DNA from: Mobula hypostoma
Taxonomy: Eukaryota
DNA length: 64,000 nt
Assembly (NCBI RefSeq): GCF_963921235.1
Contig: NC_086101.1
Span: 10,046,001 to 10,110,000, forward strand
Direction: 5' to 3'
The number at the start of each line of letters is the position of its first letter. The first letter of the stretch is position 1. Made by a program: the position numbers and the translations under genes. Below the pieces are notes generated by a model that saw only the letters and a list, made by a program, of their open reading frames with translations, did not search any database and was not told where the DNA came from. Shown here one piece after another: positions 11,390 through 24,253 of this stretch.

Positions 11390-13142
11390 TCTTCTTTGCA
11401 AAAGGCTTCTAGTTCTGTGAGATTCTTGGGCCATCTTGCATGCACTGCTCTTTTGAGGTCTATTCTTGATGAAGTTTAGATCAGGGGACCGTGAGGGCCA
11501 TTGCAGCCAAAATGTTCCATTCAAAAGGTTCAAAGGAACATCTAAACCATGCAAGGCAGTGGTCCCCAGCCACCAGGCCGCGGACCGGTACAGGGCCGCA
11601 AACCATGTGCTACCAGGCCATGAGGAAACAATGTGAGTCAGCTGCACCTTTCCTCATTCCCTGTCATGCCCTGTCGAACTTGATCATAGGGTTGCCAACT
11701 GTCCCGTATTTGCCAGGACATCCCGTATATTGGACTAAATTGGTTTGTCCCGTATTTCCCCTGCTAAGGCAGAGCGTTCCTATGAAACCTTTCAAGCCAA
11801 AATGGCGTGAAGTGAAGAAGCAATTACCATTAATTTATATGGGAAAAATTTTTGAGTGTTTCCAGACCCAAAAGATAACCTAACAAATCATACCGAATGA
11901 CACATAAAACCGAAAATAAATAACACTAACATATAGTAAAAGCAGGAATGATATGATAAATACACAGCCTAAGTAAAGTAGAAATAAAATATGTACAATA
12001 TAGTCAGGAAGATGAAGGCAAAACCGATTTGTGGGAAAAAAAATCGACATGGATGTGCGCACGTCGCGCATGCGCACACAGGTGCCCGCACAAGGCTCCA
12101 TGGTCACAGTAGTCTTTCCTGGGGTAAAGTGTCCCAGGATTTGACTGCTACTTTTGTCCCTTGTTTGGGAGTGAGAAAGTTGGCAACCCTAACTGTAAAA
12201 GACATGTTGAGGTGAGTTTAACCCTACCTGAACACACCCCCCCACCCCGGTTCAGCCGATCCGCAAGAATATTGTCAATATTAATCTGGTCCACGGTACA
12301 AAAAAGGTTGGGGACCCCTGATCTAAACAAGCCTGATGCATTTTGGAAACAAGTCCTGTGGACAGATGAAGTTAAAATAGAACTTTTTGGCATCAATGAG
12401 CAAAGGTATGTTTGGGGGGAAAAGGGTGCAGAATTTCATGAAAAGAACCCCTCTCCAACTGTTAAGCACGGGGGTGGATTGCTCATGCTTTGGGCTTGTG
12501 TTGCAGCCAGTGGCACGGGGAACATTTACTGGCAGAGGGAAGAATGAATTCAATTAAACACCAGCAAATTCTGGAAGCAAACATTACACCATCTGTAAAA
12601 AAGCCAAAGAGGATGGCCTCTACAAGAGGATAATGATCCTAAACACACCTCAAAATCCAGAATGGACTACCTCAGGAGGCGCAAGCTGAAGGTTTTGCCA
12701 TGGCCCTCACAGTCCCCCGACTTAAACATCACCGAGAATCTGTGGATAGACCTCAAAAGAGCAGTGCATGCAAGACGGCCCAAGAACCTCGCAGAACTAG
12801 AAGCCTTTTGCAAGAAAGAATGGGCGAAAAGCCCCCAAACAAGAATTGAAAAACTCTTAGCTGACTACAAAAAGCATTTACAAGCTGTGATATTTGCCAA
12901 AAGGAGTGTTACTAAGTACTGACCATGCAGGGTGCCCAAACTTTTGCTTCGGGCCCTTTTCCTCTTTTGTTATTTTGAAACTGTGAAAGATGGAAATAAA
13001 AAGTTTTCTTGCTTTAAAATATTAAAGAAATGTATCATCTTTAACGTTATGCCTTTTGGAAATCAGTTCATCTTTTACTGGCTTAGCTATTCACAGTAAC
13101 AGAAATTTTGACCAGAGGTGCCCAATCATTTGCATGCCACTG
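11390..13142 (+). mobile_element. Tc1/mariner transposon remnant (DD34E transposase C-terminal half plus right end), with an inverted fragment at 11390-11505
   Basis: WKQVLWTDEVKIELFG, TVKHGGG, DNDPKH, WPSQSPDLNITENLW, GVTKY-like end. Terminus ...tgcatgccactg followed by TA at 13143-13144. Confidence 0.88.
11548..12320 (+). mobile_element. hAT (Charlie-like) MITE nested in the Tc1, itself containing a TAGGGTTGCCAAC...GTTGGCAACCCTA element (11687-12191)
   Basis: 8-bp TSD atctaaac (11540-11547 and 12321-12328) splits the Tc1 KEHLN|KPDAFW frame. Ends match the element at 2020-3212. Confidence 0.8.
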
Positions 13143-13990
13143 TACATGTTCAGCACAGCATTGTGGGCCAAAGGGACTGTATTGTGCTGCAGGTTTTCTA
13201 TGTTTTTTCTGTGTTTTCAAATGAAACAACTTTCCGCCGGACCATAATACACTTGCAAAAGAAATATCACACACAGCACATAAAGCAAAATATTACCATA
13301 AATAATTTAATTAAAATATAATTTTAAATGTATGTAATGCACATCACTGGTAAACAGTAAACTGCTCGCAGTCCTAGTGCTGAGACCTCGGTGGTGGCAG
13401 TGTACTCATTGGTCTCAGAGCCTGATGGTAGAAGCTGTTAGCCAGTCTGGCAGTCCCAGTCGTGATGCTTCTGTACCTGCTTCCTGACTGTAGTGGGTCA
13501 CAGAGATTGTGGGATGGGTGGTGGGAATCTGCAATAGTGCTTCGGGCCCTTCGTCTACAACGCTCAGGGTAAATGCAACAAATAGGGAGAATGGAGAAGC
13601 CTGTGGTCCTTGCACCGGTTTTTATTATCTACAAAGGGTCAGTTTACTATGAAGTTTCGATAGGAAACGTCAGCTGTGCTTATCCCTTGATGAATGTTGC
13701 CTGACCTGCTGTATTCCTCCAGTGCTTTGCATGTTACTACCACACCAATTCAGTGGATTTTAGGGTAACCTGGGGAGCTCAGAACCCGCAGTCCCACACT
13801 GCTGCTGGAGCCGTGGGAAGAGAGATTATTTCAATGTTTATATATTTGCAAAAGCATCGCTGTTCCATTGACAAATGAAATTAAAACTAATGCGTTGACA
13901 GGTTGAATATCTATTTGTGATCATCACACCATCCCCATATTTATAATTACCTGGACGTACTCCTGACGCTGGCCCCGGGACCCCAACCCT

Positions 13991-14412
13991 TTATGGCCCA
14001 GGAGAGGAACTGCAAATTCTCAGCCACTGGCTTCCATCCCAAGTCCAGAAAAAAGGACAAAGTTTCTCTGTGAATGGGACCGGCAGTGAGACAATATGGA
14101 GGAGAGGTCAGAACATGAAACTCGTTACAAACCCGCTGGACTGTCCAGAATCCAGTCTCTGGGCTCAGTGCGATACCACCCTTCCTCTCCACAGACTCTG
14201 CGGCGACTCCCAGAATCCAGCGCTGATTCCCTGTCACCTCCACCTCCCAGTAAGGTCTCCCTGATGTGAATCCCTCCGATCCCAGCACACAGAACCAGAC
14301 TGTGAACCTCTTCCCATTGTCGGGGAGATTCCTCCGGGTTCGAGTCCACCTCACACTCTTCCGATCCTCAGACACCCCGGATGCGCCATTTCCACATCCA
14401 GGGTGACAGAGA
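13991..14412 (-). pseudogene. TRIM copy 2 terminal PRY-SPRY exon, frameshifted (stop at 14353-14351)
   Basis: Acceptor ccccccag|TCTCTGTCACCCTGGATGTG. CATCCG-GGGTGTCT lacks 7 nt relative to copy 3. CVLGSEGFTSGRPYWEVEV is out of frame. Confidence 0.9.
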
Positions 14413-15339
14413 CTGGGGGGAGAAGCAGAGAATTAGAGAGTCCCTGGGGTGGAGGTGGGTGGAGGGCTTGAAAAGCACAGCCCCAAGCAACTCAGAATGC
14501 CTTCCATTAACGTACCCACTACTGAACAGTCTGAAGTTCCCCAGATTCTCCTGCAGCATTCCCTCTCTGCCATGTACCAAGTATAGTATTTTGAAAATTG
14601 CACAGAATATAAGGAGGCAATAAGGAAGCAGGAGTTGGTCACCAGGTTCCTCAAACCAACCCTATCATTCAATACAGCCATAATTAATCTCTGTTGTCAT
14701 CAAATCCTCTTCTGTGCCAATCTGCCAAAGCACTCACTTCCATGAACGTTCGAGCATTTCTCTATCTCCAACATAAAGATTTCCAATAAACAGGTCTCTA
14801 CCACCGTCCTGGGCTGACAGTTCCACAGATCGACAACCTGCCATGAAAAGAAATTTGCGCGCACCTCAGTTGTAAATAAATGACCCCTAACTTGTAAGTG
14901 CTCTTGCTCATGACTGTCATACTTGAGAAAACATCTGAACATCTACCTGGCTAAGTCAAGTCCCTTAGGATCTGTTATGTTTAAATAAGGTCCACCCCTC
15001 ATTCTTCCAAGCTCATCTAGACCTTAACCATGCAGCATCCCTTGATAGGACATCCCTCTCATTTCCGGAACGAGCTGGTAAATCTCCTTCCAGTGGCATT
15101 ATGTTTTTTTTTTTCAGTTCAGGAGGTCAAATCGAACAGAGTACTGTAGGTGTGTTCTCACCAGTGCACTGTACAGCTGCAGCTGGTCACCATTATGCCC
15201 ATACTTGCAGAATATTATCCATATGAGGAATGGACTGGACAGAATGGAACAATAAAAGGAACGGTTTGCATCAAATGTTTCTCACAACATTATTGTATTA
15301 TAGAGAAATGCTGCTCCAACAAGTTCAGTCTGACCAATG

Positions 15340-16920
15340 CCTTATAGAGCCTCAGCTCTGCATACATAATGGTAAAACTTGTCTGAGAAATCTGTTGGAA
15401 CTTATTGATGAAATAACAGACAGGATAGACAAAGGAGATTCGGGAAAGGTTGTTCACTGGGATTTTCAGAATACATCTCACGAGGTGCCGCTGCTAAACA
15501 AGATAAGAACCCACGGCATCACGGGAAAGACACTAGCAATGGCAGGAGAATGGCTGACTAGCAAAGAGTGGGAATGAAGGGGGCCTTTTCGAGTTGGCTG
15601 CCAGTGACTAGTAGTTTTCCAAGGGTCAGTGTTGTAACCACTTCCTTTCACATTCTATGTCAGTGATCTGGATGACAGAATTGAAGTCTTTGTGGCCAAG
15701 TTTGCGGATAATACAGGGCTATGGTAGGAAACTTTGTCACATGGTGTGAGCAGAATTATCTGCAGCTTAATGTGAAAAAGACTAAGGAGCTGGTATGGAC
15801 CTGAGGAGGGCTAAGGCACCGGTGACCCCTGTTTCCATCCAGGGGGTCAGTGTGGACATGGTGGAGGATTACAAATACCTGGGGATACGAATTGACAATA
15901 AACTGGACTGGTCAAAGAACACTGAGGCTGTCTACAAGAAGGGTCAGAGCCATCTCTATTTCCTGAGGAGACTGAGGTCCTTTAACATCTGCCGGACGAT
16001 GCTGAGGATGTTCTACGAGTCTGTGGTGGCCAGTGCTATCATGTTTGCTGTTGTGTGTTGGGGCAGCAGGCTGAGGGTAGCAGACACCAACAGAATCAAC
16101 AAACTCATTCGTAAAGCCAGTGATGTTGTGGGGATGGAACTGGACTCTCTGACGGTGGTATCTGAAAAGAGGATGCCGTCTAAGTTGCATGCCATCTTGG
16201 ACAATGTCTCCCATCCACTACATAATGTACTGGGTGGGCACAGGAGTACATTCAGCCAGAGACTCATTCCACCGAGATGCAACACAGAGCGTCATAGGAA
16301 GTCATTCCTGCCTGTGGCCATCAAACTTTACAACTCCTCCCTTGGAGGGTCAGACACCCTGAGCCAATAGGCTGGTCCTGGACTTATTTCCTGGCATAAT
16401 TTACATATCACTATTTAATTATTTATGGTTTTACTACTATTTAATTATTTATGGTGCAACTGTAACGAAAACCAATTTCCCCCGGGATCAATAAAGTATG
16501 ACTATGATTAATACAAAAATAGGTGGAAGGCAGTTAGTGCTGAGGAGGCAGGGAATTAGGAGAATGGGCAAAGAGGTGGCAGATGGAATTCAGTTTTGGG
16601 AAGTGTATGGTAATGCATTTTAGGAGAAGATATAAAGATGTAGAATATTCTTGAAATGGGGAGAAAATTCAGAAACAGGATGTGTAAAGAGAATTGGGAG
16701 TCCTAGTGCATGATCCCCCAAAGGGTAACTCGCAGGTTGAGTGAGGAAGGCAAGTGCAATGCTAGGATTCCTTTTGAGAGAACCGGACTATAAAACCAAT
16801 GGTGTAATGCTGAAGCTTTGTAAGGCATTGGTCAGACCACATTTGGACTGTTGTGAACTGTATTGAGCCTCTTGTCAAAGCAAGGATGTGCTGGCATTGA
16901 AAAGGGTCGAGATGAGGTTC
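15340..16920 (+). mobile_element. Old CR1 RT fragment, split by a Rex1 insertion
   Basis: GKTCLRNLLE...DFQ, KFADNT|KIGG continuous across the insertion. Confidence 0.7.
15716..16508 (+). mobile_element. 5'-truncated Rex1/Babar LINE, young
   Basis: 191-aa open frame YKYLGIRIDNKLDWSKNT...YFLRRLRSFNIC. Tail aataaagtatgactatga. TSD taataca (15709-15715 and 16509-16515). Confidence 0.85.
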
Positions 16921-16936
16921 TGGGTGATGTCCTACA

Positions 16937-18058
16937 CAGAACATAGAACAAAGAATAGCACAGCACAGTACAGGTCCTTCGGCCCACAATGTTGTGCCAA
17001 CCCTCAAACCCTCCCTCCCATATAAGCCCCCACCTTAAATTCCTCCATATACCTGTCTAGTAGTCTCTTAAACTTCACTAGTGTATCTGCTTCCACCACT
17101 GACTCAAGCAGTGCATTCTATGCACCAACCACTCTCTGAGTAAAAAACCTTCCTCTAATATCCCCCTTGAACTTCCCATCCCTTACCTGAAAGCCATGTC
17201 CTCTTGTATTGAGCAGTGGTGCCCTGGGGAAGAGGCGCTGGCTATCCATGATCTATTCCTCTTATTATCTTGTACACCTCTATCATGTCTCCTCTCATCC
17301 TCCCTCTCTCCAAAGAGTAAAGCCCTAGTTCCCTTAATCTCTGATCATAATGCATTTCTAAACCAGGCAGCGTCCTGGTAAATCTCCTCTGTAGCCTTTC
17401 CAATGCTCCCACATCCTTCCTATAGTGAGGTGACCAGAACTGGACAAAGTACTCCAAGTGTGGCCTAACCAGATTTTTATAGAGCTGCATCATTACATCG
17501 CAACTCTTAAACTCTATCCCTCGACTTATGAAAGCTCACACCCCATAAGCTTTCTTAACTACCCTATCCACCTGTGAGGCAACTTTCAGGGATCTGTGGA
17601 CATGTACCCCGAGATCCCTCTGCTCCTCCACACTGCCAAGTATCCTGCCATTTACTTTGTACTCGGCCTTGGAGTTTGTCCTTCCAAAGTGTACCACCTC
17701 ACACTTCTCCGGGTTGAACTCTATCTGCCACTTCTCAGCCCACTCCTGCATCCTATCAATGTCTCTCTGCAATCTTTGACAATCCTCTACACTATCTACA
17801 ACACCACCAACTTTTGTGTCATCTGCAAACTTGCCAACCCACCCTTCTACCCCCACATCCAGGTCGTTAATAAAAATCATGAAAAGTAGAGGTCCCAGAA
17901 CAGATCCTTGTGGGACACCACTAGTCACAATCCTCCAATCTGAATGTACTCCCTCCACCATGACCCTCTGCCTTCTGCAGGCAAGCCAATTCTGAATCCA
18001 CCTAGCCAAACTTCCCTGGATCCCATGCCTTCTAACTTTCCGAATAAGCCTACCATGT
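16937..18058 (-). mobile_element. 5'-truncated CR1 LINE (RT C-terminus plus 3' UTR)
   Basis: GVPQGSVLGPLLF...KFADDTK; LVRPHLEY; (TTCTATG)-type tail near 16937. Confidence 0.9.
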
Positions 18059-18189
18059 GGAACATATGTCCTGGAACATATCACAACACAAAAAGGAGGA
18101 GTTGGCGAGATGACAGAAAGGAAAGGTAGGAGATGAGGCATAGTCATAGCCAGTGAGATAATTTACAGGGCAATAGAGGCCTGGTGCAG

Positions 18190-21070
18190 TTAAAACAGAA
18201 AGCAACAAATACTGGGCTGAAATTGTTATATTTGAATGCATGCAGCATAAGAAATAAAATGGATGATCTTGAAATTTAGCAACAAATTGGCAAGTATGAC
18301 ATTCTGGCCATCTCTGAAACTTGGCTAAAGGGTGGCTCCCATTGGGAGCTGAATGTCCAAGGATATACAGTATATCAGAAAGATAGGTTAGTAGGGAGAA
18401 GGGGTGGTGTGGCCCTGTGTATAAGAAATAATATTAAATCATTAGAAAGGGATGATATAGGATCAGAAGGTGTAGAGTCTCTATGGGTTGAGTTAAGAAA
18501 TGGCAAGGGTAAAAGGACCCTAATGGCAGTTGTATACAAGCCTCCAAACAGCAGCCGGGATGTGGATTACAAATTACAGCAGGAGCTAGAAAAGGCATGT
18601 CAGAAGGGCAATGTCATGATAATCGTTGTGGATTTTAACATGAAAGTGGATTGCGAAAACCAGGCCAGTACTGGAGGTCAAGAGAGAGAATTTGTAGAAT
18701 GTCTAAGGGATGGCTTTTTAGAACAGCTTGTTGTTGAGCCCACTAAGGGATTGGCTGTTCTGGGTGTTGTGCAATGATCCAGAGTTGATGAGAGAGCTTA
18801 AGGTTAGGGAACAGTGATCATAATATGATTGAGTTCACTTTGAAATTTGAGAAGGAGAAACTAAAATCCAATGTGTCAGTATTTCAGTGGAATAAAAGAA
18901 ATTACAATGGCATGAGAGGGGAACTGGCCAAAGTTGACTGGAAAGGGACACTAGCAGGAAGGACAGCAGAGTTTCTGTGAAAAATGAGGGAAGTACAAGA
19001 CAGATATATTCCAAATAAGAAGAAATTTTCAAATGGAAGGACACTACTGTGGCTGACAAGTGAAGTCAGAGCCAAAGTAAAAGAAAAAAAAGGTCATCCT
19101 ATGAAGCCAAAGCTAGTGGGAAGATAGAGGATTGAGAAGTTTTCAAAAACTTGCGGAAGGAAACTAAGAGGGTCATTAGGAATTATGAAAGGAAGCTGGC
19201 AACTAATTTCAGAGAAGATACTAAAAGCTTTTTTAAGTATATAAATGGTAAAAGGGAGTTGAGGGTAGATATAGGACCAACAGAAAATGACACCGGAAGT
19301 ATTGTAATGAGACATGCAGAGATGGCAGAGGAACTGAATAAGTATTTTGCATCGGTCGTCACAGTGGAAGACATCTGCAGTATACCGGACATTCAAGTGT
19401 CAGGGAAGTGAAGTATGTGCAGTGAAAATTATGACTGAGAAGGTGGTCAGGAAGTTTAATGGTCTGAGGATGGATAAATCTCCTGGACCTGATGGAATGT
19501 ACCCTCGGGTTCTGAAGGAAGTAGCTGGAGAGATTGTGGAGGCATTAACAATGATCCTTCGAGAAACAATAGATTCTGGCATTGTTCCAGATGATGGGAA
19601 ATTTCAAATGTTACTCCGCTATTTAAGAAGGGTGGGAGGCAGCAGAAAGGAATCTAAAGACCTCTTAGCCTGACATCGGTGGTTGGGAAGTTGTTGGAAT
19701 CAATTGTTAAGGGTTACGGAGATTACGGAGTACCTGGAGGCAAATGACAAGATAGGCCAAAGCCAGCATGGTTTCCTGAAGGGAAAATCCTGCCTGACAA
19801 ACCTGCTGTGATTCTTTGAGGAAATTACAAGCAGGGTAGACAAAGGAGATGCAGTAGATGTGGTGTACTTGGATTCTCAGAAGGCTTTTGAGAAAGTGCC
19901 GCACATGAGGCTGCTTAGCAAGATAAGAGCCCATGGAATTACAGGGAAGTTACTAGGATGGGTGGAGCATTGGCTGATCAGCAGAAAACAGAGAATGGGA
20001 ATAAAGGGATCCTATTCTGACTGGCTGCCGGTTACCAGTGGAGTTCCACAGGGGTTGGTGTTGGGACCGCTGCTTTTTATGATGTACAGTACTTTAATGA
20101 TGTGGACTATGGGATTCATGGATTTTTGGCTAAATTTGCTGATGATACAAAGATAGGTGGAGGAGCAGGTAGTGTTGAGGAAACAGAGAGCCTGCAGAGA
20201 GACTTAGATAGTTTAGGGGAATGGGCAAAGAAGTGGCAAATGAAATATAATTTTGGAAATTGTATGGTCATGCACTTTGGTGGAAGAAATAAACGGGAAG
20301 ACTATTATTTAGATGGGGAGAGAATTCAAAATGCAGAGATGCAGAGAGACTTGGAAGTCCTTGTGCAAGATACCCAAAGGTTAACCTCCAGGTTGAGTCG
20401 GTGGTGAAGAAGGCAAATGCAATGTTGGCATTCATTTCTAGAGGTATAGAATATATGAGCAGGGATGTGATGTTGAGGCTCAATAAGGCACTTGTGAGAC
20501 CACACTTGCAGTATTGTGTGCTGTTTTGGGCTCCTTATTTCAGATAGGATATACTGACATTAGAGAGGGTTCAGAGAAGATTCAAGAGAATGATTCCAGG
20601 AATGAAAGGGTTACTGTATGAGGAACGTCTGGCAGCTCTTGGGCTGTATTCCCTGGAGTTCAGGAGAATGAGGGGGATCTCACAGAAACATTCCAAATGT
20701 CAAAAGGCCTGAACAGGTTAGATATGGCAAAGTTATTTCCCATAGTATGGGAGTCTAGGACAAGAGGGCACAACTTCAGGATTGAAGGACGTCCATTTAG
20801 AATAGAAATGCAGAGAAATTACTTTTGTCAGAGGGTGGTAAATCTGTAGAATTGTTTGCCATGAGCTGCTGTGGAGGCCAAGTCATTGGGTTCATTTAAT
20901 GCAGAGATAGATAGGTTATTGATTAGCCAGGGCATCAAAGGGTACGGGGTGGAGGCAGCAGAGTGGGAATGACTGGAAGAATTGTATCAGCTCATGATTG
21001 AATGGCGGAGAAGACTGGATAGGCCGAAAGGCCTACTTCTGCTCCTATACCTTTCGGTCTTATGGTCTTA
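18190..21070 (+). mobile_element. Decayed near-complete CR1 ORF2 (endonuclease plus RT) with 3' tail
   Basis: ESLWVELRNGKG, KSPGPDG, GVPQGLVLGP, KFADDTK; tail ggtcttatggtcttat. Confidence 0.9.
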
Positions 21071-21818
21071 TAAAGCATATTAATATGGATAAATCCCTGA
21101 AGCCTGGTGGAGAGTATCTGAGAGCATTAGGATTTGGGAAGAACTTGCAGGGGCTCTGGCAGATGTATTTACAGTACTTGGCATTTAGCCACAGGTGAGA
21201 CGCCAAAGACTGAAGATTCAGGTTGTGCTTTTCGGTAAGAAGGACTAGAAGGACAAGCCAGGGAATGCCAGGCTGCTGAGCCTAACATCAATGGTGGGAA
21301 AGTGATTGGAATGGATTCTGAGAAACAGTTTTGCCAGCAATTGAAAAGGTAAAGAGTGATTAGAGATAGTTAACATGCCTTTGTGGGTAGAAAAACCAAT
21401 GACGTATTTCATTAGGTTGATTGAAGAGGCGACAGTAGCAATTGATCAGAAGAGTTGTAGATATTGCCACCCTGAACTTCAGCAAGGTCTTTGACAAAAG
21501 ATTTTTTCTGTCATTTAATTTAATGAATGTTAATCCCTCAGCAGCCATGGTAGAATTGAGCCTCAGCTCATGCAATATTTTGTAGTCTAGATGGATTCAG
21601 GATGAAGTAGTTAATGTAACAGCCCGTGTACCACTCTGTTGGTTCTTTTCAGGGATCTGACCTCGGCAGCTGATGATATGAAAGTGATGCTGCCCAGCCT
21701 GTGGGGTTTTTGCTGAAATTAAACTCAAATCACCCACCAGTTGGTCGCTAAATTCAATCTTTGCATCCCATTAGTACGTAAAGTTCTCTCAAAGACAAGG
21801 ATAAAAAATTAGACTTAC

Positions 21819-21934
21819 TCAACTTAGTGACATGAAACATATCTCTCCACCCTGTATGCAATAGAGGCTGATCAAATTTTTCAACCGGCAGTGTACCATC
21901 TGCCACTGACAATAATTGTTTCTCTTCAATATTC
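21819..21934 (-). CDS. TRIM copy 2 exon 5 (116 nt, NIEEKQLLSVADGTLPVEKFDQPLLHTGWRDMFHVTKL)
   Basis: ttgcag|...|gtaagt, open frame, paralogous to 560-675. Confidence 0.85.
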
Positions 21935-22029
21935 CTGCAATTATTAAACAGTTGGTTATAAACAAATCATCAACAATCCATGAATCTTTTCACAAAAACA
22001 TGCGTAATTTCTGTTAAGAGCAGACGTAC

Positions 22030-22052
22030 CTCTTCTTCCAACAAGCTTCCTC
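22030..22052 (-). CDS. TRIM copy 2 exon 4 (23 nt, EEACWKKR)
   Basis: tctttcag|GAGGAAGCTTGTTGGAAGAAGAG|gtacgt. Confidence 0.85.
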
Positions 22053-23379
22053 CTGAAAGAAATAAAACAGAGATTTGACTTCATTGAAATCTTCCATATC
22101 CGGACAACAGGAATTTTAGCCAAGTTATCACAGCTGCTAAAAATCCCATTTCCAACTGTCTAGCTCACACTCTTAGAGACACACAGAGAGAATGAACACA
22201 TGGAAGTTTCTGAAAAATGCATTTTAATTCAGTGGAAGAAATCTTCAGGAAAGATTAGAAGAGGATTGACACTTTGATAAAATGTCACTGACGATCAGAT
22301 TGCAGAGGTTTACATTTATCAATGTAAGTGATGGTGTTGAGGTTAGAGAAAGTATCGCTGGTTGAGAGGATAAAAATTGCAAGGTGGTCTTTGATAAATC
22401 CCATAAGAAATCTAGTGAAGAAAGCTGCCACTGTGTGGCTAAAGCAGACAGAAGAGATTCAATGTAACGTGGAAGGTAAATGAACAGATGGAGTTTGGGC
22501 CACTGTTGATGGGTGTGGTGAAGAGATAGGAACAGGCTTGTGCAGAGTAGGAAATGACAGGAGATCATGGGCTGAATTGCCTGATGTGATGCAGAATGGG
22601 ATAGAATCCCTTGTGGAACATATCTGAAGAAGAAAACAGGCTATATGTTTACCTTATGCAGTTCAGCCTTTGTTCCCACAGACCAACAAAGAGACCCTCA
22701 CACTGGTCATTCCTGACAAACTTAGAACTTGAGACTGTAACTGGATTTTAATGTGCGTTTCAGGGAGCATACTGCAAGGTGAATCACAGACACAGTTGCT
22801 GCTCAGTGCTCAGATCTTAGTAACTCGTTCCCCAGAGACTGAAGTAAGAGATGAAACACATTTGCTTTCATTGTCACATGTATATCAAAACATCAAATTT
22901 ACAGAAAAATGTGCCGTTTTCCATCAATGACTAACAGGGTCCACATATGTGCTGAGGGTAGCTCGCAAGTCTTGCCGCCCTTTCAGAGCCAACACAGCAT
23001 GACCACAACTTGCTAACCCTAACCTGAAGGTCTTTGGAAAATGTGGGAGGATACTGGAGCACCCAGAGGAATCCCACGCTCTCAAGTGTAGAAAGTCCGA
23101 ACTCCTTACTGACAGTGGCGGGAACTGAACCCCGATCACTGATTGCTGGTACTCTATTTCTAATGCATTACGATAATCACTATGCTGTGGTACTGTGCAG
23201 ACTTTCTTGTGATGTGCATATATTGTGGGAGGCCATTTTGGAGACAGCAACAGTCAAAGCATCTTTCAAGTTAAATTAGTTTCTAACTATCGGGAAATGC
23301 TACATTAACTTTAAATATATCACTCGCCACCTCATGCCTGTGAACTTTCTTAGAATGAAATTTACATGTAACCCCTCAC

Positions 23380-23613
23380 CTTGAGAAATACGACACTATC
23401 TTTTTGAGCCATCTGTTCCTGCAACTTTGAGAGTTTCTTCTGAATAGAATTTAAATTCTCTTGAATCCATTGAAGGTTTTTCTCCATTGGGATTAGAATT
23501 CTCTCCTTTTCTTCCCCGAGATCTCTGAGTAGATGCTGCTCTCTCTCGGTGAGAATCCGGTGCAGTTCACCAAACTGGGAAGTGATGTGGGACGGAAGAC
23601 TGTGTGACTGTTC
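23380..23613 (-). CDS. TRIM copy 2 exon 3 (234 nt coiled coil)
   Basis: EQSHSLPSHITSQFGELHRILTEREQHLLRDL...KDSVVFLK with AG/GT borders. Confidence 0.9.
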
Positions 23614-24024
23614 CTGTCAAATGAAAGTTGAGCATTAATAAATACTGTTACTGCATTGTATCCCTTATAACATTGAAGATGACCATTCGGCCCATCAGAG
23701 TATATACTGGTTATCAGAGAAATCTTATTGATTCTATTCTCTCACATTTCCCTTAAATCCATTCTCCCTCAATATCTGTTAACTCCAGTTTAATTCACAT
23801 ACCACCCACTTTCACCGGATTAATTTGGCATCATTAATAATTACAGCCAGCGCGGAGGATATGACCGAACCGCCGAGTTCACAGGAGGATATGCAAACGT
23901 CATGCAGACAGCACCAGAAGCCAGGATCGGAGCCAGGTCAGTGGAGCTGCAAACATCTGCTATTGTGTTTCAAAGGAGCAAATGTACACAACAAGATCAG
24001 AAATTCCGCAGAGGAAGGACTCGC

Positions 24025-24120
24025 CCGAACTCTTGAAATCTTCTCTTTGTGTTGTCGCTCCATTTCCTGGAAGTCTGACTTCTTTTCTGTGAGAGATTCT
24101 AAGGAAGATTTCACCCGATC
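24025..24120 (-). CDS. TRIM copy 2 exon 2 (96 nt coiled coil), followed by a GC donor
   Basis: cag|DRVKSSLESLTEKKSDFQEMERQHKEKISRVR|gcgagt. Confidence 0.85.
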
Positions 24121-24253
24121 CTGGTATCAGAGAGTGAATGAATTAGACGACAAAGATACAGCGCCCATTCAGATCAGTTGATTGTCATATCGGGAATTTA
24201 AAAAATAAAGAGGCAGCGAAGTATTCAGGTGATCAAAATCTGTTTGTTTTTAC

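Larger units (their letters stand above)
8290..11390 (+). mobile_element. CR1 LINE 5' portion: ORF1 (Zn finger/leucine zipper plus esterase) and ORF2 endonuclease, decayed and interrupted by a Harbinger element
   Basis: CARCQMWEV...CTRYVELQLLRDRVRELEMQL; IAVVMGESIVRG; LRCVYFNTRSIVNKADEL...ITETW; LDLVLGNEPGQV...GDSDHNSI. Confidence 0.85.
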
